Shown in pieces: positions 1 through 8,413 of a stretch of 24,395 nucleotides of DNA. A program made the position numbers and the translations under genes. The DNA is taken from the NCBI GenBank assembly GCA_964447495.1, contig CAYUTF010000050.1:1-24395 (forward strand). The letters run 5' to 3'. The DNA comes from an uncultured archaeon (GTDB taxonomy: Archaea > Asgardarchaeota > Lokiarchaeia > Sigyniarchaeales > SOKP01). Every line of letters starts with the position of its first letter. The first letter of the stretch is position 1. The notes under the pieces were generated by a model. It was not told the origin of the DNA, made no database searches, and saw only the letters and a program-made list of their open reading frames with translations.

Positions 1-2
1 AT

Positions 3-1364
3 CCGATTAAAAAAGAATCTTTAAAACCAAATTTAATACAGCAAGTTCCGCATATTGTTTTAAATATTTTAAAAGACTACGCTAAAAAACCAATAAATAG
101 AGGGCTTTATTTAGATGTAGAGAGTCTAATCTATATGTTTGTCACTTCAGATAAAGTTAAACCTCAAGATATTCAATGGACTGAAAGTAATATAGAACAA
201 TATAAAAAAGTTATTGGTGATTGGACAGAAATTTATTCAGGTCAATGGGAAGATTACTCTGAGAGTCTCTATAACCTTCGTATCCAAAATAATTTATCAA
301 ATCGCTTATCTGAATTACATTTCATACACAGAAATTCTGGTTTTATCTATATGGCTGAAGAGAATTATACACAATTCTTTGAATCATATATGAAAAAATT
401 TGTATTAGATCCCACCCCACGTATGAGAACGGTATTATTTGCCCTGCGATCAATAAATGAATCGTTAGATTTACTTTTTATTAAAATACAGTCAGAAGTT
501 TTTCAAGATCTAAACATAGTTGAACGTAAAATTAAAAATCTTCGTTTACTGCGAGGTTTGATTCAAACCAAGTTGAGTGCAATATATAATGAATTGGATT
601 ATAATAGAAGGCAACATTATACTAGCGTCTTAAAACATCTTTTAAATGAATTCGAAATAACAAATATAATATCTCGTGTAAATGATAAATTCAATACGAT
701 TTATGATGCCATGCAAGTATTATATCAAAAGAAAAATGAGGAGAATCAACAACGAACGGAAAAAGGTTTGAGTTTATTAAATTTATTGTTTGGTGCCGGA
801 GTCTTAGCAGATCTCGCGGGTTTAATTATGATAACCTTCTCAATGCAAGAAGGAGCAGTAAATTCCATTTTTCTAAACGGCCTCATTGCATTATTTATTG
901 TAGCAATTTTATTAATAACAGTTAGTTATTATGTATTTACAAAAATAAAAATTAGAGAAAGCGAAATAAAGAAAGCCGTTGATGGTGTTATTATTACTAA
1001 AGATGAGGGGATTGTTCTAATCAAGCGGAAATATCCCCCATTCCAAGATTATTATGCACTTCCAGGGGGTTTTATTGAAAAAGGTGAAACTCCAAAAAAA
1101 GCGTTAATTAGAGAAGTTAAGGAAGAAACGAATCTGGATGTAAAAATTGTCGATAAAATAGGCTTCTATGATGAAGAGGGCAGAGATCCTCGCGGTAGAG
1201 TTGTGAGTACAGCCTTTAAATGTATTATTATTGGAGATAGCTCTCATATGAGAAGTGGTGACGATTCTAAACATGTGGAAATTATTTCAAAAGAGCAATT
1301 GAAGGATATAGAGTTAGCCTTTGATCACAAGAAAATATTAAAAGATGCTAATATAGTGAATTGA
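3..1364 (+). CDS. 5'-truncated membrane protein: CorA-like helical/coiled-coil region, 2 TM helices, C-terminal Nudix hydrolase (ADP-ribose pyrophosphatase-like)
   Basis: The frame of ORF 135..1364 stays open back to base 3 (PIKKESLKPNLIQQVPHIV...), so the start probably lies outside the window. Nudix box GGFIEKGETPKKALIREVKEETNL plus GRDPRGRVVSTAF and LAFDHKKIL. Two hydrophobic segments (LSLLNLLFGAGVLADLAGLIMITF; IFLNGLIALFIVAILLITVSYYVF) follow a long helical stalk. Confidence 0.8.
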   Translation, partial: PIKKESLKPNLIQQVPHIVLNILKDYAKKPINRGLYLDVESLIYMFVTSDKVKPQDIQWTESNIEQYKKVIGDWTEIYSGQWEDYSESLYNLRIQNNLSNRLSELHFIHRNSGFIYMAEENYTQFFESYMKKFVLDPTPRMRTVLFALRSINESLDLLFIKIQSEVFQDLNIVERKIKNLRLLRGLIQTKLSAIYNELDYNRRQHYTSVLKHLLNEFEITNIISRVNDKFNTIYDAMQVLYQKKNEENQQRTEKGLSLLNLLFGAGVLADLAGLIMITFSMQEGAVNSIFLNGLIALFIVAILLITVSYYVFTKIKIRESEIKKAVDGVIITKDEGIVLIKRKYPPFQDYYALPGGFIEKGETPKKALIREVKEETNLDVKIVDKIGFYDEEGRDPRGRVVSTAFKCIIIGDSSHMRSGDDSKHVEIISKEQLKDIELAFDHKKILKDANIVN

Positions 1365-1433
1365 AATCTAACTAAATTAAACCATTGAGTTTTCAGTTAA
1401 ATTAAGCTGTAGGTATTCTAATATTTTTTTATG

Positions 1434-2699
1434 TTACATCCTTTTGTATAATTTTAATTTACCTGGAAAATTTCTTTGGTGAATGATAAGAACTTTCTTT
1501 TGATTTTCTACTTCAAACAATAACTTAACTGCCTCATTTGCAAAGAATGTTTTATTATCTCTTGTTATCAATGGATATTTTACATTCTTTCTTTCATAAA
1601 TTATCTTATCGTTAACAATTACTATTTTAGCGCCCTCATATTCTCCTTGGAAATCTTTTAGAGCTTTTTTATCAATCTCAATCCCCTCATATTTAGCTTT
1701 ACAATATTCAAGTTCAAATTCTAACAACTCTTTTTTCTCCTGATCTGAAACGGATTTAAAAATCTCATTTAGAGCTAATAAATGCGCCTTTTTTAATGCT
1801 TCCTCTTGAGGGACTGGATAATCGGGGGAGACTCCCTTTCCTTCCCAGTTCTCATTTGAGATAGGATTTATAGGTTTCCCAATAGGAAGAGATATTACAA
1901 ACATTTCAGAAATCGGAAAGTAGTCAATTGGATTTGCTGCTCCTCGTGTAGTTTCACCAATAATAACTGCCCGCTCCATCATCTTTAAATTGTAGGTAAA
2001 TTCTTCAGCAGCGGATGCCGTTCGTCGGCTTGTCAAAACATAAACTGGTTTTTCAAAGAATCTTTTTCCAGGAACATAAGGTAAGGTATAAGTTTGGGAA
2101 TATTTATCTTTTTTACGTTCATAAAAGGTATTAAGTATTTTAGAACTTGGACCAACTAAATAACTAATGATTAATTGCACCATTGATGGATACCCTCCAC
2201 CATTATTCCGAACATCAAAAATCAAGGCGTATGTATTTGCTAAAAATTGGAGGGCTCCTACCATTACATCTCCTGCGTATTCAGCAGGTTGAAATTCATT
2301 GATTTTTATATACCCAATATTACCGGGTAATCGTTCTGCTTTTACAATATGATAATTATCATATAAACTAAGTTTTAGTTCATGCTCATCAATATACTCA
2401 TCTTCTTGTTGGTCATAATCTCTAAGCATTAATTCCTTAGCCATTCTTGGATTATATTCAAAATAAAAATGCAAATCGTTCGAGATTTTATGAAGATCAT
2501 TAGTAATTACCTTTTGTAGCTCTCTTGGATCCGTAATATTTTGATAAGCGCTTTTGTTTAAATTATCTAATAAATAAGATGATATCTTTTCAGCTACTTC
2601 CGGGAAGATGTAATAATTTATTACCTTATTGCAAATTTCAGCAATAACTTCTTCTACTTTATTATTATCCAATAATTGTTCAATATTTTGGTCTTTCAT
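1434..2699 (-). CDS. S41 family peptidase (IRBP-like), no signal peptide
   Basis: 421-aa ORF with GNIGYIKINEF, ALIFDVRNNGGG, TASAAEEF (catalytic Ser), IIGETTRGAA and NWEGKGVSPD motifs. Confidence 0.9.
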   Translation of the reverse strand: MKDQNIEQLLDNNKVEEVIAEICNKVINYYIFPEVAEKISSYLLDNLNKSAYQNITDPRELQKVITNDLHKISNDLHFYFEYNPRMAKELMLRDYDQQEDEYIDEHELKLSLYDNYHIVKAERLPGNIGYIKINEFQPAEYAGDVMVGALQFLANTYALIFDVRNNGGGYPSMVQLIISYLVGPSSKILNTFYERKKDKYSQTYTLPYVPGKRFFEKPVYVLTSRRTASAAEEFTYNLKMMERAVIIGETTRGAANPIDYFPISEMFVISLPIGKPINPISNENWEGKGVSPDYPVPQEEALKKAHLLALNEIFKSVSDQEKKELLEFELEYCKAKYEGIEIDKKALKDFQGEYEGAKIVIVNDKIIYERKNVKYPLITRDNKTFFANEAVKLLFEVENQKKVLIIHQRNFPGKLKLYKRM

Positions 2700-2983
2700 A
2701 TCTTATCCCTTTTTTCAATGAAGATAATTAATTAATAAATAAAAATCTATTAATATTCCAGTCTAATATATTAGAGTTTTCCAAATAATAAGTATATATA
2801 CTCTAAGGGCAGAATACTATTTAATGACAGAATTAGAAGATGATTACGAAAATCTTCAATCAGATTGAGTTACTCTTAGTGTTGTGTAACCTCTTTATCT
2901 TTCAGAATTTTAATATTTTTTTTCTATTCTTTTTATACAATATTTAAATATAGATCAATCATATTGATGTACTGGTGACATAA

Positions 2984-3382
2984 ATGTCAAAACCAACAAA
3001 AGATGATGCCGCATTATTCGTCCAAATTTTGGGAATATTGACCAAGAATAAAGATTTAATGGATGCTTTTAATTGGGTGGCTTATGAGTTCAATATAAAG
3101 ACCTATGACGAATTTAAAGGGAAATATCCTATGGGAAGCGAAGGATTCAAAAAATTTAATGACTATGTGGGTATTTTCGAAACTATAGGCATTCTTGTGA
3201 ACAGAGAACTTCTTAGTGAAGCCTTAATCTTTGATGCATGGGGGGATTTATTTTGGGGAAAAGTGGAAGCGATTGTTCATGGGATGCGAAAGGAGTGGAA
3301 AATGCCACGATTAATGGAAAACTTTGAAATTATGGCTAAGAAATATCCCGAATGGGCTGAAAAAAACCCCCCCAAACTATAA
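2984..3382 (+). CDS. Hypothetical alpha-helical protein (DUF4760-like)
   Basis: 132-aa ORF preceded by a GGTGA Shine-Dalgarno-like motif. The pattern FETIGILVNRELLSEALIFD...W...R...MENFE resembles DUF4760 proteins (from memory). Confidence 0.65.
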   Translation: MSKPTKDDAALFVQILGILTKNKDLMDAFNWVAYEFNIKTYDEFKGKYPMGSEGFKKFNDYVGIFETIGILVNRELLSEALIFDAWGDLFWGKVEAIVHGMRKEWKMPRLMENFEIMAKKYPEWAEKNPPKL

Positions 3383-3392
3383 ACATAAAAAA

Positions 3393-3420
3393 TTCTCATT
3401 TTTTTTTTACTATTTGAGAA
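3393..3420 (+). terminator. Oligo-T terminator (T10 inside a TTCTCA/TGAGAA inverted repeat)
   Basis: T10 run at 3399..3408 just after the stop at 3382, flanked by a 6-bp inverted repeat. Confidence 0.5.
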
Positions 3421-3514
3421 AAATAATTTGGCTATAGTTATCTTAATCAAATAAATAGGTAGTTTATTTTTATAATAATGACATTTTAAAAATATTTATG
3501 GAGGTAAATAGAGG

Positions 3515-3757
3515 GTGACTGGAAAAATATTTGTGCGACCCAGATGTGATTATTGCGATGAACGCTTTTATCAAACTCATAATCCATTTACGAATTATTT
3601 TTGGGGGAAAATTCCTGCTCATTGCCCGAATTGTGGTAAAGAAATTAGCTCTGAGAAACGGAAACAATTATTGCACCATGATGAATTAATCTGGTCGATC
3701 TTATGTGTTATATTTATCACATTCATTATAGTAATTTTGATAATATTTAGTAGGTAA
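3515..3757 (+). CDS. Small zinc-ribbon protein with C-terminal TM anchor
   Basis: CDYC...CPNC pair and a hydrophobic tail (LIWSILCVIFITFIIVILIIF). The GTG start is uncertain. Confidence 0.7.
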   Translation: MTGKIFVRPRCDYCDERFYQTHNPFTNYFWGKIPAHCPNCGKEISSEKRKQLLHHDELIWSILCVIFITFIIVILIIFSR

Positions 3758-3846
3758 TAAATAAATTAAAATCAACAATCTTTAGCATCAAAATTATTAT
3801 CTGATGAATTTGTTTAATATATAACATTACAGAATTGAATTAAAAT

Positions 3847-4125
3847 ATGCCTACTTTAAAAAATATAATACTCCCTAAGAATGCAGAAAATGATTTTAAA
3901 GGATATAAAGTTGCAGAAGTTGTTTTTCTAATTATAACAATTATTACAATTTTCCGGAGTTTAATCCATTTTTTAGCTTTCGACGGTGGAGCAGGATCAA
4001 TTGCTGGGATTGAATTAAGTATTGAAGGTGGCGATATTATTATTGGTATATTTGCTTTATGGGGCATCTCACAGCCAACATTTGAGGGGTGTTTCCTCCA
4101 TCTGATAAATAAATTTTTTGAGTAG
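3847..4125 (+). pseudogene. 3'-truncated conserved hypothetical membrane protein (RSLIHxxxxDGGAxSIA family)
   Basis: Family-like sequence runs to ...FALWGISQ (about 4074). The remaining tail (PTFEGCFLHLINKFFE) is the antisense of the thiolase remnant. Family members as I recall them continue for two more TM helices. Confidence 0.6.
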
Positions 4126-4256
4126 GTTGTAGGTCAAGAAAAAGCTTTTTCAGATGTTTTTACCATAAGATTTAATGGATCAAGGCGATTAATCAAATTT
4201 TTTGGCTGTGTAAATTGCGATGCTCCAACAATTACCGGAATAGGACCATCTTTCAT
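4075..4256 (-). pseudogene. Remnant of an acetyl-CoA acetyltransferase (thiolase-like) N-terminus with internal deletion/frameshift
   Basis: ATG at 4256 gives MKDGPIPVIVGASQFTQPKNLINRLDPLNLMVKTSEKAFS* (stop 4136..4134). The shifted frame continues LDLQPTQKIYLSDGGNTPQMLA. PVIVGxxQ, DPLxLM and GGNTPQxL are hallmarks of this thiolase-like family. Confidence 0.7.
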
Positions 4257-4446
4257 TTAATATCAGAATATAAATTTCAATAAATTATTTAATAAAATAT
4301 ATAAGATTAAGAGCTTAAATTTTTTAAAGTTAAAGAAGATAAGTATATATTCTAACAAAATTACCGAATATTCATAAAATTTATAAATTTCCTAATTTCA
4401 AGTAATTAATATTGAACACATAAAATACCCTTTAAAAATATGTAAA

Positions 4447-5967
4447 ATGCAATTAAAAAAGAAAACTCTAACTATAATTATTTCATTTTCTCTGATCTTA
4501 ATTATTACTATTCCTAGTTTAGTTTTTATTTTATTTTATTATAAGACAGACAACCCAAATCATCCATCAAATATGGTTGTAGAAGATTGGCTGGATGATT
4601 TTGATTCTTTTTATAATTTCATCGAAAAGAATTACCCCTATATTTGGCTCAAAGAACGGACGCATAACTATAACTGGTTGGATTTAAAGCCTATATATGA
4701 GAGCCGAATTAAAAATGCAACCTCGGATGAAGAGTTTTTAGGTATACTTTTTGATGCAGTACAAGCCCTCCAAAATAGACACACCCAAATTGAATACCCT
4801 GCTTTAATGCCTCAATATTACTCTGAATTTAAAGATTTGTATCCCCTCAATGAGATATTTTCTGAAGAAGTTGTAAATTATTCTTATTATTGGAAACCTC
4901 TGTATGAGAATTGTTTTGAAAAAAAATATTATGAGAGCTTTGAAGCACTTATTGTTTATGAAAAAGGTGAGTATATAATAAACGATAGTGAACCTTGGGT
5001 AGAATTCTATGGAACTGGATTAAAGGTAGTTGCGGTTAACGGAGAGCCTATTGATGAAGCAGTGAACGATTGCTATGATCAAGACTACCTTGATTGGGAT
5101 TTTCAGAGGAATAAACATTATTTATGGATGATCTCTCCTCGTGATTTTGGACAAAACGCAAAATTTACGATACGAAATTCTACTGGGTATGAAACTAACG
5201 TAACCTTCGGAACAATATCTAAGTATTCCCTCTCTCCGTATAGTTATTCAGATAATATGATTGATACTCAAATCTGGGAAGATAAGAATGCTAGTTATAT
5301 ATTTATAAAAAATTTTGTATTAGAGGATATCAACCCATATATTGGAGAGATTATAAATTTTTATCATCAAATCGAGGATGATGATTATTTAATCATAGAT
5401 ATAAGGGGGAACCCAGGAGGTAATTACGCGTCTTGGATTAATGCCATTGTAAAACCTTTGATTAAAGATCAAAAAAGATTTGAACTCTATTTAGCATATA
5501 GAACAGATGAATATAGCAACACTTTCCGTGAAGCGATGGGAATCACGAATCAAGTTTCAAAAGGTACCTTCGCGTATTTACCACCAGAAGTATACAGTGA
5601 CGAATTTGAAGTTTACGACTATGAGCATATAATAACGCCTACTTACGAAGTTAATTTTAATGGTGAAATAATCCTACTTACCAATAATGTTGTATATTCA
5701 GCTGCTGAAGCTTTTGCTCTCTTCTGTAAACAAACTGGATTTGCAACGATTTATGGGACTACAAGTGGTGGAGATGGCATAATGGAATTTCCAACTTATT
5801 ATGCCCTCCCGAATAGCAAACTTGTCATTTGTATAACTTCAGCATTAGGGTTAGATCATACTGGGCATGCAAGCGAAGAAGTACGAACGCAGCCTGATTT
5901 CTATTATGAAAGCACCTTTAATAATCATACTGAACTTATTGATTATATTTTAGCTAATCTTCCATAA
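4447..5967 (+). CDS. Membrane-anchored S41 family peptidase
   Basis: N-terminal KKK plus hydrophobic anchor; LIIDIRGNPGG, VYSAAEAFA (catalytic Ser) and ATIYGTTSGGDG motifs; PDZ-like VVAVNGEPI segment. Confidence 0.88.
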   Translation: MQLKKKTLTIIISFSLILIITIPSLVFILFYYKTDNPNHPSNMVVEDWLDDFDSFYNFIEKNYPYIWLKERTHNYNWLDLKPIYESRIKNATSDEEFLGILFDAVQALQNRHTQIEYPALMPQYYSEFKDLYPLNEIFSEEVVNYSYYWKPLYENCFEKKYYESFEALIVYEKGEYIINDSEPWVEFYGTGLKVVAVNGEPIDEAVNDCYDQDYLDWDFQRNKHYLWMISPRDFGQNAKFTIRNSTGYETNVTFGTISKYSLSPYSYSDNMIDTQIWEDKNASYIFIKNFVLEDINPYIGEIINFYHQIEDDDYLIIDIRGNPGGNYASWINAIVKPLIKDQKRFELYLAYRTDEYSNTFREAMGITNQVSKGTFAYLPPEVYSDEFEVYDYEHIITPTYEVNFNGEIILLTNNVVYSAAEAFALFCKQTGFATIYGTTSGGDGIMEFPTYYALPNSKLVICITSALGLDHTGHASEEVRTQPDFYYESTFNNHTELIDYILANLP

Positions 5968-6240
5968 TTTTCTCTGAGTGGTTAATCGGAATTACCACAA
6001 AATTTAATCAAAAAAATGAATCTATATTGAGTTTTGTAATTGTAAAAATAATTTTAAAAAAAGAATAATCTTAGGTTTTGAATCTTTTTCGAGGTAAAAA
6101 CCCTGAGATAACTGTTCCTCTCGAACTAATCTTTACCACTATAACTAGTTGACACAAAATATTACCAACAGCAATATTAATAATTAATGATAAACAGAAT
6201 CATTCATAGGGAGATTAAATATGAAAATATATTTTCAATC

Positions 6241-6266
6241 AAAAAAGGAAAAAAAAAATAAAAAAA
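6241..6266 (-). terminator. U-rich terminator of acs
   Basis: A-rich run on the + strand (aaaaaaggaaaaaaaaaataaaaaaa) is a T tract on the minus strand just after the acs stop at 6275. Confidence 0.55.
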
Positions 6267-6274
6267 TTAATAAT

Positions 6275-8322
6275 TTAATCGATTTTTATATCCATTTTCT
6301 TTCTTTCAGCGAGTAAATCATCCACTACCGATGGATCGGCTAAAGTGGTGACATTCCCGATTTCCGTTCCTGAAGCAATCGCTTTCAAGATTCTTCGCAT
6401 TATTTTTCCACTTCGAGTTTTGGGAAGTGAATCAGCAAATTGAACGACATCTGGCTGAAAAACAGGGCCAATTTCTTTCCGAACATGCATTTTAATTTCA
6501 TTTTCCAACTCTTTGGATTTCTCTACCCCAGCCATCGTTGTTACAAATGCCCATATTGCTTGACCCTTAATCTTGTGAGGGAATGGCGCTACTGCAGCTT
6601 CTGCAACTTTTGGATGGGACACAATTGCACTTTCGACTTCCATTGTACCGATTCGATGTCCAGAAACTTTTATAACATCATCTAAACGTCCTAAGATCCA
6701 GTAGTAGCCATCATCATCGCGTCGAGCACCATCTCCGGTGTATTCATCCCATAATCGAATTGATTTGAAATGGTGTAATAACCCGGATAACGCTCTAGAT
6801 ATGTTGACTTAAATCGCTCTGTATCTCTCCAAACATCTCGAAGCATTCCTGGCCAAGGTTGAGCCATACAAAAATAACCTCCTTCGTCAGCTTCGGTGAC
6901 TTCCTCTCCTTCAAGGTCAAAAATGATTGGCTTGATACCTAAGAAAGGTAAACAACATGAACCTGGCTTGGTTGGAGTTGCCGATGCGATGGGAGTCATA
7001 ATAAAGCCTCCTGTTTCCGTTTGCCAATATGTATCAACAATTGGACACTTGCTCTTCCCTATTACTCGATGGTACCACGTCCATGCTTCGGGATTTATTG
7101 GTTCACCAACAGTTCCAAGCACTTTAAGCGAACTAATATCATGCTTATTCACAGGTGCTTCTCCATATCGCATAAGTGCTCTAATTGCTGTTGGGGCTGT
7201 GTAGAAATGCGTGACTTTATGACGTTCAACAATGTCCCAAAACCTGTATCCGTCGATTGAGAAAGGAAATTCTCGATCGTCTACGTCAGGGTAAGTTGGA
7301 ACGCTTTCAAACATCAAGGATGTTGCTCCATTAGCTAAAGGTCCATATACAATGTAGGAATGTCCTGTGATCCAGCCAATATCTGCAGTACAATACCAGA
7401 CATCATCTTCCTGATAATTAAACACGACACGATGAGTATAAGAAGTATATAAGATATATCCTGCAGTGGTATGATTAACACCCTTAGGCTTACCTGTTGT
7501 TCCACTAGTGTATAGGATAAAAAGCGTGTCTTCAGAGTCCATATGTTCCGGTTCGCATTGTTCACTCACTCCGTCAATGAAATCATGATACCAGATATCT
7601 TTTTTAGTGTGCGGGACTTCATTTCCAGTTCGCTTAACCACGATCACATGTTCGATGGTTGGCACATCATCAATCATTTCAGCAACGTCAGCCATTTTAG
7701 GGTAAAATTTTCCTGCTCGCACCGTCTCATCGCTGGTAAAGAGCAATCGAGAGTCAGAGTCTTCAATCCTGTCTTTTACTGCTTCTTTTGAGAATCCGCC
7801 AAACACGATTGAATGAATTACGCCAATTCGAGCACACGCAAGCATAATTATGGCGAGTTCGGGAATCATAGGCAGCCAAATAGTCACTCTGTCTCCTTTT
7901 TTCAAGCCAAGTTTTCTCATTCCATTCGCTACTTTCGAGACTTCTTTTAACAGTTCGCTGTAAGTAAATTTTTTCGCATGGCCTGGTTCATCAGCTTCCC
8001 AGATAATCGCAATCTTATCACCTTTTCCAGCTTTTACATGGCGATCGAGACAATTATATGCAACGTTTAATTTCCCTCCAACAAACCACTTTCCAGGAAA
8101 TAAATCGGTCGATTCCCATACTTTATCATAAGGTTTAAACCAATCGAGCGATTGAGCTTGTTCACCCCAGAAACCTTCCATGTCGTCAATTGATTTTTTG
8201 TAGAGTGTGTGATATTCTTTAAAAGTCATCCCTGATTTCACAAATTCGGTGTTAAATTTTACTGGGTCGAATTTACGATTTTCAGTGAGGATGCTTTCCA
8301 TTTTATTATCTTCTTTCGGCAT
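6275..8322 (-). CDS. acs: Acetyl-CoA synthetase (AMP-forming), interrupted by two putative BHB introns; exons 8322..7281, 7247..6775, 6742..6275; 660 aa after splicing
   Basis: Motifs [67 protein letters not shown] and [11 protein letters not shown]. ORFs 6691..8322 and 6275..6643 join into one frame after removing 6743..6774. 2048 - 65 = 1983 nt = 660 aa plus stop. Confidence 0.95.
6743..6774 (-). other. Putative 32-nt BHB (tRNA-endonuclease-type) mRNA intron, frame-disrupting
   Basis: Intron ACCAUUUCAAAUCAAUUCGAUUAUGGGAUGAA. Outer helix UCCGG-GU / AC-A-CCGGA, central helix UAUU/GAUG (2 Watson-Crick + 2 G-U), bulges ACA and AAU, inner stems CCAU/AUGG and AAUC/GAUU. Cutting after bulge nt 2 gives PGYYYTGDG. 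Confidence 0.85.
7248..7280 (-). other. Putative 33-nt BHB mRNA intron, in frame
   Basis: Intron ACGAUCGAGAAUUUCCUUUCUCAAUCGACGGAU. Outer helix CCUG/CAGG, central helix ACGU/ACGG (3 Watson-Crick + A.G), bulges AGA and AUA, inner stem CGAUCGAGAA/UUCUCAAUCG (9 of 10 paired). Cutting after bulge nt 2 gives YPDVDRFW. Confidence 0.8.
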
Positions 8323-8413
8323 TATATTTCACAATATTGAATCTTTTGTTAATTAATTGGTTAGAATTTCTTTAATGATTAAACTCTTTAAGAATTTTAA
8401 AGATTTTTGTTCC

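Noticed and set aside
3470-4067. Minus-strand ORFs 3470..3667 and 3840..4067
   Set aside because: They are antisense to better-supported + strand genes.
6088-6125. TTCGAG...CTCGAA hairpin between the S41 gene and acs, considered as a SECIS element
   Set aside because: It lacks the AUGA/GA core, and neither flanking gene has an in-frame TGA at a Cys position. At most it is a terminator-associated hairpin.
6740-6771. The insert ends in TTGAAAT on the + strand, like a CRISPR repeat
   Set aside because: It is a single copy with no spacers, leader or cas genes in the window.
6737-6777. TACACC 6-bp direct repeat around the acs insert, read as a 35-bp transposon footprint or target-site duplication
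   Set aside because: Removing 35 nt gives PGYYTGD, one residue shorter than the usual PGxYxTGD, and none of the 35-nt registers I tried forms a BHB. The 32-nt excision fits both the motif and the structure. There are no terminal inverted repeats or nearby transposase.
6440-7791. Short ORFs overlapping acs (6440..6685, 6896..7204, 7021..7260, 7335..7565, 7543..7791)
   Set aside because: They are antisense or alternate-frame shadows of a conserved gene, with no recognisable motifs.
6275-8322. acs as a frameshifted pseudogene, or as two separate genes
   Set aside because: All catalytic motifs are intact, there are no other lesions, and both disruptions are precisely BHB-bounded. A simple indel error would not add 32 structured bases.
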